Origin: an uncultured Chloroflexia bacterium
GTDB taxonomy: Bacteria; Chloroflexota; Anaerolineae; Anaerolineales; Villigracilaceae
NCBI GenBank assembly: GCA_963774975.1
Contig: CAVZGY010000010.1
Coordinates: forward strand, 12,815-76,814
Reading direction: 5' to 3'
DNA length: 64,000 nt
Part shown: one piece after another, positions 30,591-39,156 of the stretch
Layout of the letters: every line of letters starts with the position of its first letter
Numbering within the stretch: position 1 is the stretch's first letter
The notes under the pieces: generated by a model
Database searches by the model: none
What the model saw: only the letters and a program-made list of their open reading frames with translations
Told to the model about the DNA's origin: nothing
Made by a program: the position numbers and the translations under genes

Positions 30591-33017
30591 TCATTTGATC
30601 TTTGGGTATTTCCCTGGCGATACTTCGTACATCATTTCATACACGGCATCGAAGATGGTCTCCGCATTCGGCTTGGACCAGTAATCGCCATCTGAGCCAT
30701 AGGCGGGCCGATGAGCGGACCCGGGCAGCGTCCTCGGCGCGGAATCGAGCCAGGCATAGCCGCCCTGATTCTCCAGCACCTCCTGCATCATATAGGCTGT
30801 CGTGCCTCCCGGCACGTCTTCGTCCACGAAAAGGATGCGGCTTGTCTTTTTGAGCGATTCGAGTATCGCACCATGAATGTCAAACGGCAGCAGGGATTGC
30901 ACATCGACCACCTCGGCCTCGATTCCCACCCTGGATAACTTATCAGCGGCATCCAACGCGATACGGCAGCAGGCACCGTAGGTGACGACCGTCGCATCCG
31001 TACCCGTGCGCAGGATCTCGGGAATGCCCGGCAGCACAGTGATGTCACCAAGGTTATCCGGCAGGCGTTCTTTCACGCGGTAACCGTTCAGCACCTCCAC
31101 CACCAGCCCCGGGTCGTCGGACTTGAGCAGGGTATTGTAAAAGCCGGCGGCGCGGGTCATGTCGCGCGGGACAAGCACGTGCATACCCCGCACCAGGTGG
31201 ATGATCCCCGCCATGGGTGAACCGGAATGCCAGATCCCTTCGAGACGATGGCCTCGCGTGCGGACGATGACCGGGGCTTTCTGTCCGCCTGCGGTGCGCC
31301 AGTGAAGCGTGGCGAGATCGTCGCTCATCAGTTGCAGCGCGTACAGCAGGTAATCGAGGTACTGTATCTCACAGATGGGGCGCAGCCCGCGCATCGCCAG
31401 GCCGATGGCCTGCCCGAGGATGGTCGCCTCGCGGATGCCGGTATCCGAGACGCGCAGCGCGCCGTATTTCTCCTGCATCCCCTTGAAGCCCTGGTTAACA
31501 TCGCCCAGCCTGCCCACGTCCTCGCCAAAGGCGACCAGTCGCGGCTCGCGCGCGAGCATGGCATCAAAGGCGAGGTTGATGACCTCGAATCCCATCAGCG
31601 TGGGCGATTTTGCAGAATAGGTCGGCGCAACGGCAGGGACCTTCAATGCGGATGTATTGTCTTCGATATAAAGCAACGCATTGTAATAGGATTCATTCTT
31701 CGCGTCATCGGCTTTTTTCCACTCCACCAGAGCATCTCGCGCTGGACTGGCCTCATCGCGCATCAACCTCAGCGCTTCATGGACATGCATGTGCATATCC
31801 CGCCGCACCGGGGCAGGGATGGCAGCGAGCCGGTCCTTGATACCTCGCAAAGTGTCGGAATGTGTGGAGGCAACCGTAACCTGCTCGAGAAGTTTCAAAA
31901 CCTGCTGACGTTCAACAAGCAAAGGGTTGAGGTAGGCCTCCCAGGCGGATTTGCGAATATCCTCGATCGCCTGGGCATCCTCAACCTCCCAGGATTTGAG
32001 TTCCTTGTCGGAAGCCACCTCGCTGGCGATGATCCACTCGCGCATCTTGCGCAGCCCGTCGTACTCCTCCTCCCACTTGAGCCGCTCAGCGGACTTGTAG
32101 CGCTCATGGCTGCCGCTGGTGCTGTGCCCGAGCGGTTGGGTCACGTCGACCACGTGCACCAACGCAGGGATGTGATACGTGCGGGCGATCTCGGCCGCAG
32201 TTTGATAGGTCTCATAGAGCGCGGGGTAATCCCAGCCGCGGACCGAGTACAGGTCATAGCCGCGGTCGGCCTTCTCCGCAGGGAGCGAGGCGTCACGCTC
32301 GAACCCCTTCAGGATCGCGCCGATATTTTCCTTGACCATCTGGAACTGATTGGGGACGGAGATGCCGTAGCCATCGTCGAAGATGGAGATGACCGCGGGA
32401 GCCTTGAGCACGCCGATGGCGTTGACCGATTCCCAGAACATGCCCTCGGCGGTGGACGCATTTCCGATGGTCGCCCAGGTCACCTCGTCGCCGCTGCGGG
32501 AGAAGCGAGTCTGGTCTTTGAGCGACTCCAACTCGCGGTACAGGCGCGAGGCGTAAGCCAGTCCGACCGCGCGCGGCATCTGGGCAGCAGTCGGGGAGAC
32601 ATCCGCAGCGACGTTGTACATCCCCGTTTGATCGCGCCATGAGCCGTCCGGGTTGATAAAGCGCGAGACGAAATGTCCGTTCATGGATCGGCCGGCGGTC
32701 GCGGGCTCGTAATACAGATCCGTGTGGGCATAGAGCTGGGCAAAGAACGCGCTGAATTCCAGGACGCCGAGCGCGAACATCCAGGTCATGTCCCGGTAGT
32801 AACCGGAGCGCCAGTCGCCCCGTTGAAAGGCGCGCGCGATGGCGAGCTGTGGAATTTCTTTGCCGTCGCCAAAAATACCGAATTTTGCCTTGCCCGAGAG
32901 CACTTCGCGCCGTCCAATGACGGATGCCTGGCGGGAGCGGTAGGCGAGGCGGTAATCCTTGATGATCTCTTCCGGAGGCAGGGGCAGGTTTATGGACTTG
33001 CGCTTGGGCATGGTCAC
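30591..33017 (-). CDS. 2-oxoacid dehydrogenase E1, fused alpha/beta subunits (TPP-dependent)
   Basis: 808 aa. The N-terminal alpha-like TPP-binding half and C-terminal beta/transketolase-like half form one ORF directly upstream of E2. Confidence 0.9.
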   Translation of the reverse strand: MTMPKRKSINLPLPPEEIIKDYRLAYRSRQASVIGRREVLSGKAKFGIFGDGKEIPQLAIARAFQRGDWRSGYYRDMTWMFALGVLEFSAFFAQLYAHTDLYYEPATAGRSMNGHFVSRFINPDGSWRDQTGMYNVAADVSPTAAQMPRAVGLAYASRLYRELESLKDQTRFSRSGDEVTWATIGNASTAEGMFWESVNAIGVLKAPAVISIFDDGYGISVPNQFQMVKENIGAILKGFERDASLPAEKADRGYDLYSVRGWDYPALYETYQTAAEIARTYHIPALVHVVDVTQPLGHSTSGSHERYKSAERLKWEEEYDGLRKMREWIIASEVASDKELKSWEVEDAQAIEDIRKSAWEAYLNPLLVERQQVLKLLEQVTVASTHSDTLRGIKDRLAAIPAPVRRDMHMHVHEALRLMRDEASPARDALVEWKKADDAKNESYYNALLYIEDNTSALKVPAVAPTYSAKSPTLMGFEVINLAFDAMLAREPRLVAFGEDVGRLGDVNQGFKGMQEKYGALRVSDTGIREATILGQAIGLAMRGLRPICEIQYLDYLLYALQLMSDDLATLHWRTAGGQKAPVIVRTRGHRLEGIWHSGSPMAGIIHLVRGMHVLVPRDMTRAAGFYNTLLKSDDPGLVVEVLNGYRVKERLPDNLGDITVLPGIPEILRTGTDATVVTYGACCRIALDAADKLSRVGIEAEVVDVQSLLPFDIHGAILESLKKTSRILFVDEDVPGGTTAYMMQEVLENQGGYAWLDSAPRTLPGSAHRPAYGSDGDYWSKPNAETIFDAVYEMMYEVSPGKYPKIK

Positions 33018-33205
33018 CTTTGAGAGTCAGGTATCGGACTGAGTTACTCCGATTATAGCGCAGGGGGATTAAAAATAAAAATAGAACACGATTCAATAAG
33101 CGTCACACTTGCACTCCCTGGCACCGCCCGCACACCCCGCTTAGTTCGCGGGGCAGGTGGCAGGTGTGCAGCGCAGGTGAAAGTGTTGCGAGGAGGACGG
33201 TTTGT

Positions 33206-33259
33206 ACCTGCGGTGTGAGCAGGTACGCCCGACGTCCCGCACTTGCGGTGTGGGCAGGT
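33206..33259. promoter_or_regulatory. pair of inverted-repeat sites (ACCTGC-N7-GCAGGT type) in a divergent intergenic region
   Basis: ACCTGCGGTGTGAGCAGGT (33206-33224) and ACTTGCGGTGTGGGCAGGT (33241-33259), 35 nt apart. Extra GCAGGTG copies lie at 33153-33179. Confidence 0.4.
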
Positions 33260-33314
33260 GGGCAATCTCATATCATCTGCAGATCGCCACGCCGCTAAAG
33301 AACAGCAACTCGCG

Positions 33315-34487
33315 ATGACACGACAAAATTCAACTATACTTGTCCCCATGTCCATGCCCTTGCCCGTTTCGCAAGTAAACATCCCTCCCGGAGTGATCGA
33401 CCTGGGCGCCGGCAACCCGCCGTTTTCGCTGCTGCCGCTTGACCTGCTGCGCGCCGCCGCCGAATCCTGTTTCGCGCGCGGGGATCCCGACTTTTTACAA
33501 TACGGCGCCGAGCAGGGTGACGGCTACTTCCGCCTGGCGCTGGCTGGGTTTCTCACCGACGGCTATGGATTTCCAGTAAACGCCAATAATCTCTTCGTGA
33601 CGGACGGCATCTCCGGCGGGCTGGACCTGCTCTGCTCGCTCTTCACCCGCGCTGGAGACACGATCTTCGTCGAAGAGCCCTCCTACTTCCTAGCGCTGCG
33701 CATCTTTGCCGATCACGGCTTGAAAGTCGTGTCCATTGATACTGATGAGGATGGATTGGTGGTCGAATCGCTTGAGGAGAAGTTAAAGGAAAACCGCCCA
33801 AAATTCCTGTACATCATCCCCACCTACCAGAATCCCAGCGGGCACACCCTATCCGCAGAACGACGCACGCGTCTTGTGGGACTGGCGCGGGAATATGATT
33901 TCCTGATCCTGGCGGACGAGGTCTACCACTTCCTGAGTTATGACCAACAGCCCCCGAAAGCGTTTGCCGCCTGGACGGAAGACCCCCACATCCTATCCCT
34001 CGGCTCGTTCTCCAAGATACTCGCCCCCGGTCTGCGGCTGGGATGGATTCAGGCAGGCACGGAAAAGATCCAAAAACTGGCAGGCTGCGGCCTGCTGGAC
34101 AGCGGCGGCGGGTTGAACCCGTTCACCTCCGCCATCGTGCGCGAGGTTATCGAATCGGACGGATTGATTCAGAACATCGTTCGGCTGAAGGATATCTACA
34201 GGTCAAAGCTGAATGTGATGGATTCCGCCCTGCGTCGCCACCTCCCCGAATTAATCTGGAAAGTGCCGCAGGGTGGGTATTTCTTATGGGTGCGCCTGCC
34301 CAATGGAATGGATGCGGCAGGACTGCAAAATAATGCGCTGGAAAACAAGGTCAACTTCCGTCCAGGCTTGCGCTTCTCCAGCCAGGACGGGCTGCGCGAC
34401 TTCATTCGATTGAGTTTTGTGTTTTATGAGGCTGATGAGATCGATGAGGGGATTGTGAGATTGAAGAGTTGTTTTGCGCATGTCTAA
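33315..34487 (+). CDS. class I/II PLP-dependent aminotransferase
   Basis: YQNPSGHTL and SFSKILAPGLRLGW (Lys for PLP). The start is ATG 33315 or 33348. Confidence 0.85.
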   Translation: MTRQNSTILVPMSMPLPVSQVNIPPGVIDLGAGNPPFSLLPLDLLRAAAESCFARGDPDFLQYGAEQGDGYFRLALAGFLTDGYGFPVNANNLFVTDGISGGLDLLCSLFTRAGDTIFVEEPSYFLALRIFADHGLKVVSIDTDEDGLVVESLEEKLKENRPKFLYIIPTYQNPSGHTLSAERRTRLVGLAREYDFLILADEVYHFLSYDQQPPKAFAAWTEDPHILSLGSFSKILAPGLRLGWIQAGTEKIQKLAGCGLLDSGGGLNPFTSAIVREVIESDGLIQNIVRLKDIYRSKLNVMDSALRRHLPELIWKVPQGGYFLWVRLPNGMDAAGLQNNALENKVNFRPGLRFSSQDGLRDFIRLSFVFYEADEIDEGIVRLKSCFAHV

Positions 34488-34559
34488 ATAGGTGGCCAAA
34501 TAGCCAAGCTTTCCAGCACGTGCAGATAGAGCTATGGGTGGAATTAGTTTTTACTAGCC

Positions 34560-34976
34560 TCATCTCGAAAAATATATATCAATGGGGATATTTTTTTCAG
34601 CTCCACAATTTTGGCATGTCAAGCCACCGACCATGAATTGACTAAGGTTTTTAGGCTTTCTATGGTAGGACATTTGGCTACCGCAAATCCTACAAATAGT
34701 ATGTTGTTTTTGGTTCAGCCGCTCAAGCAATAAAGTACGTGCTCCTGCATAGTCGATGACACTTTTATTTATTCTCAGCCAGCCAACCATTAAAACAATT
34801 CCAAATATCAGAATATTTCTAACCACATCCGTTCTATCGCTTGTTATAGCCATAACAGCCGCGACCGTTAAGAAAACAACGATAAATATAACTATCGAGA
34901 TTCGTTTAGAAACCCAGATACTCAGAATCATCAGGAACATAGCCAGCAAGATTAAAAAACCAATTACCCATTCCAT
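34560..34976 (-). CDS. small membrane protein with C-terminal zinc ribbon (cassette ORF C)
   Basis: Three hydrophobic helices, then CRIC...CQNC. AT-rich codon usage unlike the flanking DNA. Confidence 0.55.
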   Translation of the reverse strand: MEWVIGFLILLAMFLMILSIWVSKRISIVIFIVVFLTVAAVMAITSDRTDVVRNILIFGIVLMVGWLRINKSVIDYAGARTLLLERLNQKQHTICRICGSQMSYHRKPKNLSQFMVGGLTCQNCGAEKNIPIDIYFSR

Positions 34977-35111
34977 ATGTTTCTAAATCCCAGACTTGAA
35001 ACGACGAATTCAATCATGTTTGTTTTTGAAAATTAGCTATCTGGTTGTGCGGTATTAAATTTACTTGAACAGAAAACTGAGTGATGGATATCAAACCGCC
35101 TTCCTGTTATA

Positions 35112-35187
35112 TCACTTCAACCGTTCCGTCACCCTTGCACCACATCCAGCATCTTGACCCTATCGCTGGCTGTCGCGTCGGTTGGAG
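35112..35187 (-). repeat. relic R1: decayed copy of a CCG-protein gene 3' end
   Basis: The minus strand reads ..TDATASDRVKMLDVVQ.. then, after a 1-nt slip, VTERLK-stop. It shares the core TTCAACCGTTCCG with R2 and R3. Termini CTTCAACCG and CGGTTGGAG are inverted. Confidence 0.7.
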
Positions 35188-35213
35188 CACCTTAGTGTGC
35201 AACCAATGATTAT

Positions 35214-35600
35214 TTATATCATCCGTGGTATTTGCGATGAATGCTGATGAATGATGGGCGATGCTTTTGAAATATCAATAACAAAAGTAAATCGCGCTTC
35301 ATAGGTGATCAATTCGTCTTCCACACTGAATTTCCACTGATATATCCCGCTGACGACGAAAAGGATTGCATTCAGCTGTTGAGTCTTAATGGTTTTAGGA
35401 TGTAAAGTTAATTTCAGATTCTTTCTGCTGAATAATTTTTTGAAATACTCCCTGATTTTCTCCGGTGTATTTTGTATACGATCAGAAAATGTAGGAATAA
35501 TGATCGCATCGTGATCATATAGAGCCAATAAATTTTCCAGCTCGCGTTGATGCACCAGTTTTATCCATCTCTCAACGATTTTCAGTGGGTTGCGAAGCAT
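35214..35600 (-). CDS. NTF2/SnoaL-like (DUF4440-like) small protein (cassette ORF B)
   Basis: About 128 aa from ATG 35600 (MLRNPLKIVERWIKLV...). The alpha+beta cone pattern is typical of the family. AT-rich. Confidence 0.6.
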   Translation of the reverse strand: MLRNPLKIVERWIKLVHQRELENLLALYDHDAIIIPTFSDRIQNTPEKIREYFKKLFSRKNLKLTLHPKTIKTQQLNAILFVVSGIYQWKFSVEDELITYEARFTFVIDISKASPIIHQHSSQIPRMI

Positions 35601-35695
35601 ATGGATTACATCTCCAATTCTTGATCCCAATGGTTTACTAACGTGGTACGGAATCCAGCGAGAGGATCTCCGTAACGGTCGAATATGAAGAGTAC

Positions 35696-35776
35696 TTATT
35701 TCAACCGTTCCGCCACCAACTCTACCACATCCAGCACCTTGACCATACCGCCGTCCAGTGGAATCGATGTTGAATT
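35696..35776 (-). repeat. relic R2: intact in-frame copy of a CCG-protein gene 3' end
   Basis: The minus strand translates IPLDGGMVKVLDVVELVAERLK-stop, compared with ADGGVVNVMDVAEIVAKRLKA-stop at the end of gene 40275..42293. Inverted termini are TTCAACCGTTCC and GGAATCGATGTTGAA. Confidence 0.75.
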
Positions 35777-35788
35777 CCTTCTTTATGC

Positions 35789-36238
35789 TTATTTATATTT
35801 TAATGATGCTTCGCATTCACCTGTCATTCTATTTCCAATGCATAAATTTAAGCGCAGTACATCATTCCTCTGTTGATACTGCTGATAGAGGCAATCTGCA
35901 AGTATCATGGGCTGATTTGAACCGCCCGCAAAGAAAGCCGCTTCCCACTTGCAATGATCGTTAGCCACCGTCTCCCAATCAGCCTCGATTTGTAGAAGAT
36001 CCGCGTAATGCGATGCATCCATATGTCCTTGCAACTCATTAATGAGCAAATTTAATTTTTCTTGTTCAGTCTGGCTCAATCGGCTTACACATTGATTCAA
36101 TTCCAATTGAGTCAATGCGGATGAACAATTGTTTACTGGCGTAGTTTCCGGGGTCGGAGCTGATTTGGTGGGTTGTGAAGAACACGCGGAAAGTGCAATT
36201 ATTGAAAGAGTTCTTCCCACTAGTAATATAGGTTTCAT
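35789..36238 (-). CDS. lipoprotein, DUF1311/LprI-like (cassette ORF A)
   Basis: Lipobox IIALSAC. The pattern ELNQC...W...C...GGS...C...R matches the DUF1311 family. Confidence 0.65.
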   Translation of the reverse strand: MKPILLVGRTLSIIALSACSSQPTKSAPTPETTPVNNCSSALTQLELNQCVSRLSQTEQEKLNLLINELQGHMDASHYADLLQIEADWETVANDHCKWEAAFFAGGSNQPMILADCLYQQYQQRNDVLRLNLCIGNRMTGECEASLKYK

Positions 36239-36341
36239 GATCGCGAATCGAAGAAGTGAGCTCCTAACTGGTGTTTAGTCGGCCCGTCTGTCACTGTGTG
36301 GCACTTCGGCACAACTTATAGACGGCCAAAAAATAATCCGC

Positions 36342-36393
36342 TTTTTCAACCGTTCCGCACCAGTTCTGCTCCAACCCTCACAGACTTCTCGGC
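36342..36393 (-). repeat. relic R3: truncated copy of the same 3'-end element, abutting the live stop codon
   Basis: Directly after the TGA of gene 36394..38277 the minus strand reads AEKSVRVGAELV(A)ERLK-like sequence and carries the core CGGAACGGTTGAA. Confidence 0.6.
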
Positions 36394-38277
36394 TCACAAC
36401 TCCAACTGCGCCGCGAGCACCTCTGCGACATCCATGACTTTCACCTTTTCGTTGAGCGCCTTGGATTTGGTCGCGTCCTCGAACATGATCATGCAATAGG
36501 GACAGGCGGTCGCGACCACGTCCGCTTTCGCGTCGAGGGCATCCTGCAGGCGGTGATGATTGATGCGCGTGGTGATGTCGGTTTCGAGCCACATGCCGCC
36601 GCCCCCGCCGCCGCAACACAGACTATCCTCCATCTTTCGCGCCATCTCAACGCGCTGAACCCCAGCCTTGTCCAGAAGCGCGCGAGGTTCCTTGTAGATT
36701 TCATTGTAGCGCCCAAGATAACAGGAGTCGTGATACGAAACCCTGCCCTGAACGCCGTTCGGGTTCGATCCCGGAACGGGGAGGTTCAATTCAGCCAGCA
36801 GTTCCGTGTAATGCATCACTTTGTAATCGCCGCCCATCTGGGGATATTCATTCTTGAGCGTGTTGAAGCAATGCGGGCAGGCTGTGACAACGCGGTTGAA
36901 CTTGATCTTGCTGAAGGTTTCGATATTCTGTTTGGCAAATTCCTGGAACATGTACTCATGCCCCATGCGGCGGGCCGTTTCACCGCAGCACATTTCATCA
37001 AAACCCAGCACGCCAAAATCCACGCCTGCTTTTTGCAAGAGTTTAACGAAGGCTCTCGCCACTTTTTTGTTGCGCTGATCGAAAGCCGCCGCGCACCCGA
37101 CGAAGTAGAGCACATCCACCTGGTCGCCTGCGGCAAGTTCGCGCACATTCAGTCCCTCCGCCCATTCCATTTTCTGGTCGGGGGGAATCCCCCAGGGATT
37201 CGCCTGCCGCTCGAAGTTGCGGAGCAGGTCCGAGATGGCCTTCGGCAATTTGCCGCTGGTCAGCGCCTGGAAACGGCGCAGGTCGATCACTTCGTCAACA
37301 GGGTTGATGAAGACCGGGCACTTGACGATACACGCGCCGCAGGTGGTGCACTGCCAGGAATAATTCTCCGGCACCACGTTGCCAAGCAGGTCGGCCTCGG
37401 GTTTGGCTTCCCCCGTCAGCAGGGCATTGTTCATCCCTTTGCGCATCATTTGAACGAGATCGCGGGGCGAGTAATCCATGCCGCTGATATTGGCGGGGCA
37501 GGCCTCCTGGCAGCGCCCGCACTTCAGGCAGGCATCGAACGAGAGCAATTGCTGAGGTGTGAATTCTGCGATCTTGCCGACACCGAGGAGTTCCGTCGTT
37601 TCGATATCCTCGATCTTTTGCATGGCGCCCATGGGCTCTTGAGGGCGCACGAGAATGTTGAGCGGACCGGTGAGCATGTGGCGCAGTTTTGTGAACGGCA
37701 CAGACGCCACAAGCAGGAGTGCAACGATCACATGCACGACAACAAGGGTGTTATGCCATTCGAAGGCCTGTTGGGTCGTCATGCCGGCGGCAAGAAAAAC
37801 ACCCGCCAACCAATTGCCGATGGGGGACCAGGCCGCCCAGGGCGGATCGACCACCATCAAGCGCGTCGCTTCGTTGGTGAACCCGATCAGCGCGAGAAGA
37901 AGCAGCATGGCCAGGGCATACCAGTCATCCCAGCTGGTTTGTAATGCTTTGGGGCGCAGCACCAGGCGGCGGAATCCCGCCATCAACACGCCGAGGATGA
38001 TAAAGAGGCCGGCGACATCCATGGCCGTTTCGTAGCCGAGATACCAGCTCATGCGGGGGAAGGTCTCCAACGCAAAGGGCAGGAACAACTTCATCTGCAT
38101 CAGGTTGATGGCCGTTCCGATCACCTGAACGACCACCCCCCAGAAGATCAGGAAGTGCATCAGGCCGGGATACCATTTCTTGAGGATACGTTTCTGCCCG
38201 ATCACCTGGACAAAAAAATCCCGGAGCGCGTGTTTATGCAGGATCAGGCGTGGAGCTTGCTGGGTTGTTGTGGTCAT
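36394..38277 (-). CDS. membrane Fe-S oxidoreductase: NarI-like heme-b TM domain + 2x[4Fe-4S] + two CCG domains (HdrD/DsrMK-like fusion)
   Basis: The N-terminus has 5-6 TM helices with conserved His. Motifs are CLKCGRCQEACP, CTTCGACIVKCP, MCCGETARRMG and LCCGGGGG. The start overlaps the Rieske stop (ATGA). Confidence 0.85.
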   Translation of the reverse strand: MTTTTQQAPRLILHKHALRDFFVQVIGQKRILKKWYPGLMHFLIFWGVVVQVIGTAINLMQMKLFLPFALETFPRMSWYLGYETAMDVAGLFIILGVLMAGFRRLVLRPKALQTSWDDWYALAMLLLLALIGFTNEATRLMVVDPPWAAWSPIGNWLAGVFLAAGMTTQQAFEWHNTLVVVHVIVALLLVASVPFTKLRHMLTGPLNILVRPQEPMGAMQKIEDIETTELLGVGKIAEFTPQQLLSFDACLKCGRCQEACPANISGMDYSPRDLVQMMRKGMNNALLTGEAKPEADLLGNVVPENYSWQCTTCGACIVKCPVFINPVDEVIDLRRFQALTSGKLPKAISDLLRNFERQANPWGIPPDQKMEWAEGLNVRELAAGDQVDVLYFVGCAAAFDQRNKKVARAFVKLLQKAGVDFGVLGFDEMCCGETARRMGHEYMFQEFAKQNIETFSKIKFNRVVTACPHCFNTLKNEYPQMGGDYKVMHYTELLAELNLPVPGSNPNGVQGRVSYHDSCYLGRYNEIYKEPRALLDKAGVQRVEMARKMEDSLCCGGGGGGMWLETDITTRINHHRLQDALDAKADVVATACPYCMIMFEDATKSKALNEKVKVMDVAEVLAAQLEL

Positions 38278-38711
38278 GATTCGCCCACCTTGACGTAAAT
38301 TTGTCCGTTCACGATTTCTGTCTCAAGCGCCAGAAGCGGTTTGGGCGGAGGGCCGCTGATGACCGAACCATCCTCCAGCTTGAAGTAACCTTCATGGCAG
38401 GGGCAATCGATCGTTCCTGTCTGGTTGTTCCATTTGACGGTGCAGGCGAAATGCGTGCAAGCCGCGGAATAGGCTTTCAGCCCGTCGGGAGAGTTGATCA
38501 CAATGGCGGGGTACCGCCCGAAGGGAATGGTGCGGGATTCTCCGACCGGCAGTTCATCCTCCCCGCAAACGAGCTCAGGTTCGGATGGATAGATCTCCAA
38601 TTTGGCCGGGAAAAAATAGGCTACCACGGGCGCGGCGACCACGCCGGCGCACAGGGCGATTCCAACGCCCTTCACCAGTGTTAGAAAGTCATGTCGGGTA
38701 ATGTCAGGCAT
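38274..38711 (-). CDS. Rieske [2Fe-2S] protein
   Basis: CTHFAC and CPCHEG boxes. N-terminal TRHDFL signal-anchor-like segment. ATG at 38711, 3 nt after the upstream stop. Confidence 0.9.
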   Translation of the reverse strand: MPDITRHDFLTLVKGVGIALCAGVVAAPVVAYFFPAKLEIYPSEPELVCGEDELPVGESRTIPFGRYPAIVINSPDGLKAYSAACTHFACTVKWNNQTGTIDCPCHEGYFKLEDGSVISGPPPKPLLALETEIVNGQIYVKVGES

Positions 38712-38713
38712 CG

Positions 38714-39148
38714 CTAACTCACTTCTCCCCAGACGGTCAGGGCAATGACAATGATCAATGCGATCACGGAGAGGGCGGCGCGAATCCACCAGGCCCGTTT
38801 TGTGTCATCTTTTTTATCGATGAAGGGCAGGAACATAAACGCCAGCAAACCCACGATCACCGCAACCGTGACGAATACCCTGCCTTCGATCTGACCCCAA
38901 AACACATAATCGGGGACCACCTTGAGCAACTGGTATAGAAAAAGGAAGTACCACTCGGGTTTGACATGCAGGGGTGTATCCAGCGGGTCGGCGGGGTCCT
39001 CCAAACCGACATGAAAGAACATGCCAAGCGCACCGACGAGCACAACAATACCGATGATGACGAGCATCACGCGGAGCTCGGTCATAAAATGGTCCGGGTA
39101 GAAGGGGACGCTGTCGTCGTGTTCCGGTTCGGGATGAGGGGTGGTCAT
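38714..39148 (-). CDS. cytochrome b6f-type subunit IV (cytochrome b C-terminal domain)
   Basis: [10 protein letters not shown] (PEWY Qo motif) and three TM helices. Confidence 0.85.
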   Translation of the reverse strand: MTTPHPEPEHDDSVPFYPDHFMTELRVMLVIIGIVVLVGALGMFFHVGLEDPADPLDTPLHVKPEWYFLFLYQLLKVVPDYVFWGQIEGRVFVTVAVIVGLLAFMFLPFIDKKDDTKRAWWIRAALSVIALIIVIALTVWGEVS

Positions 39149-39156
39149 ATCTCCTC

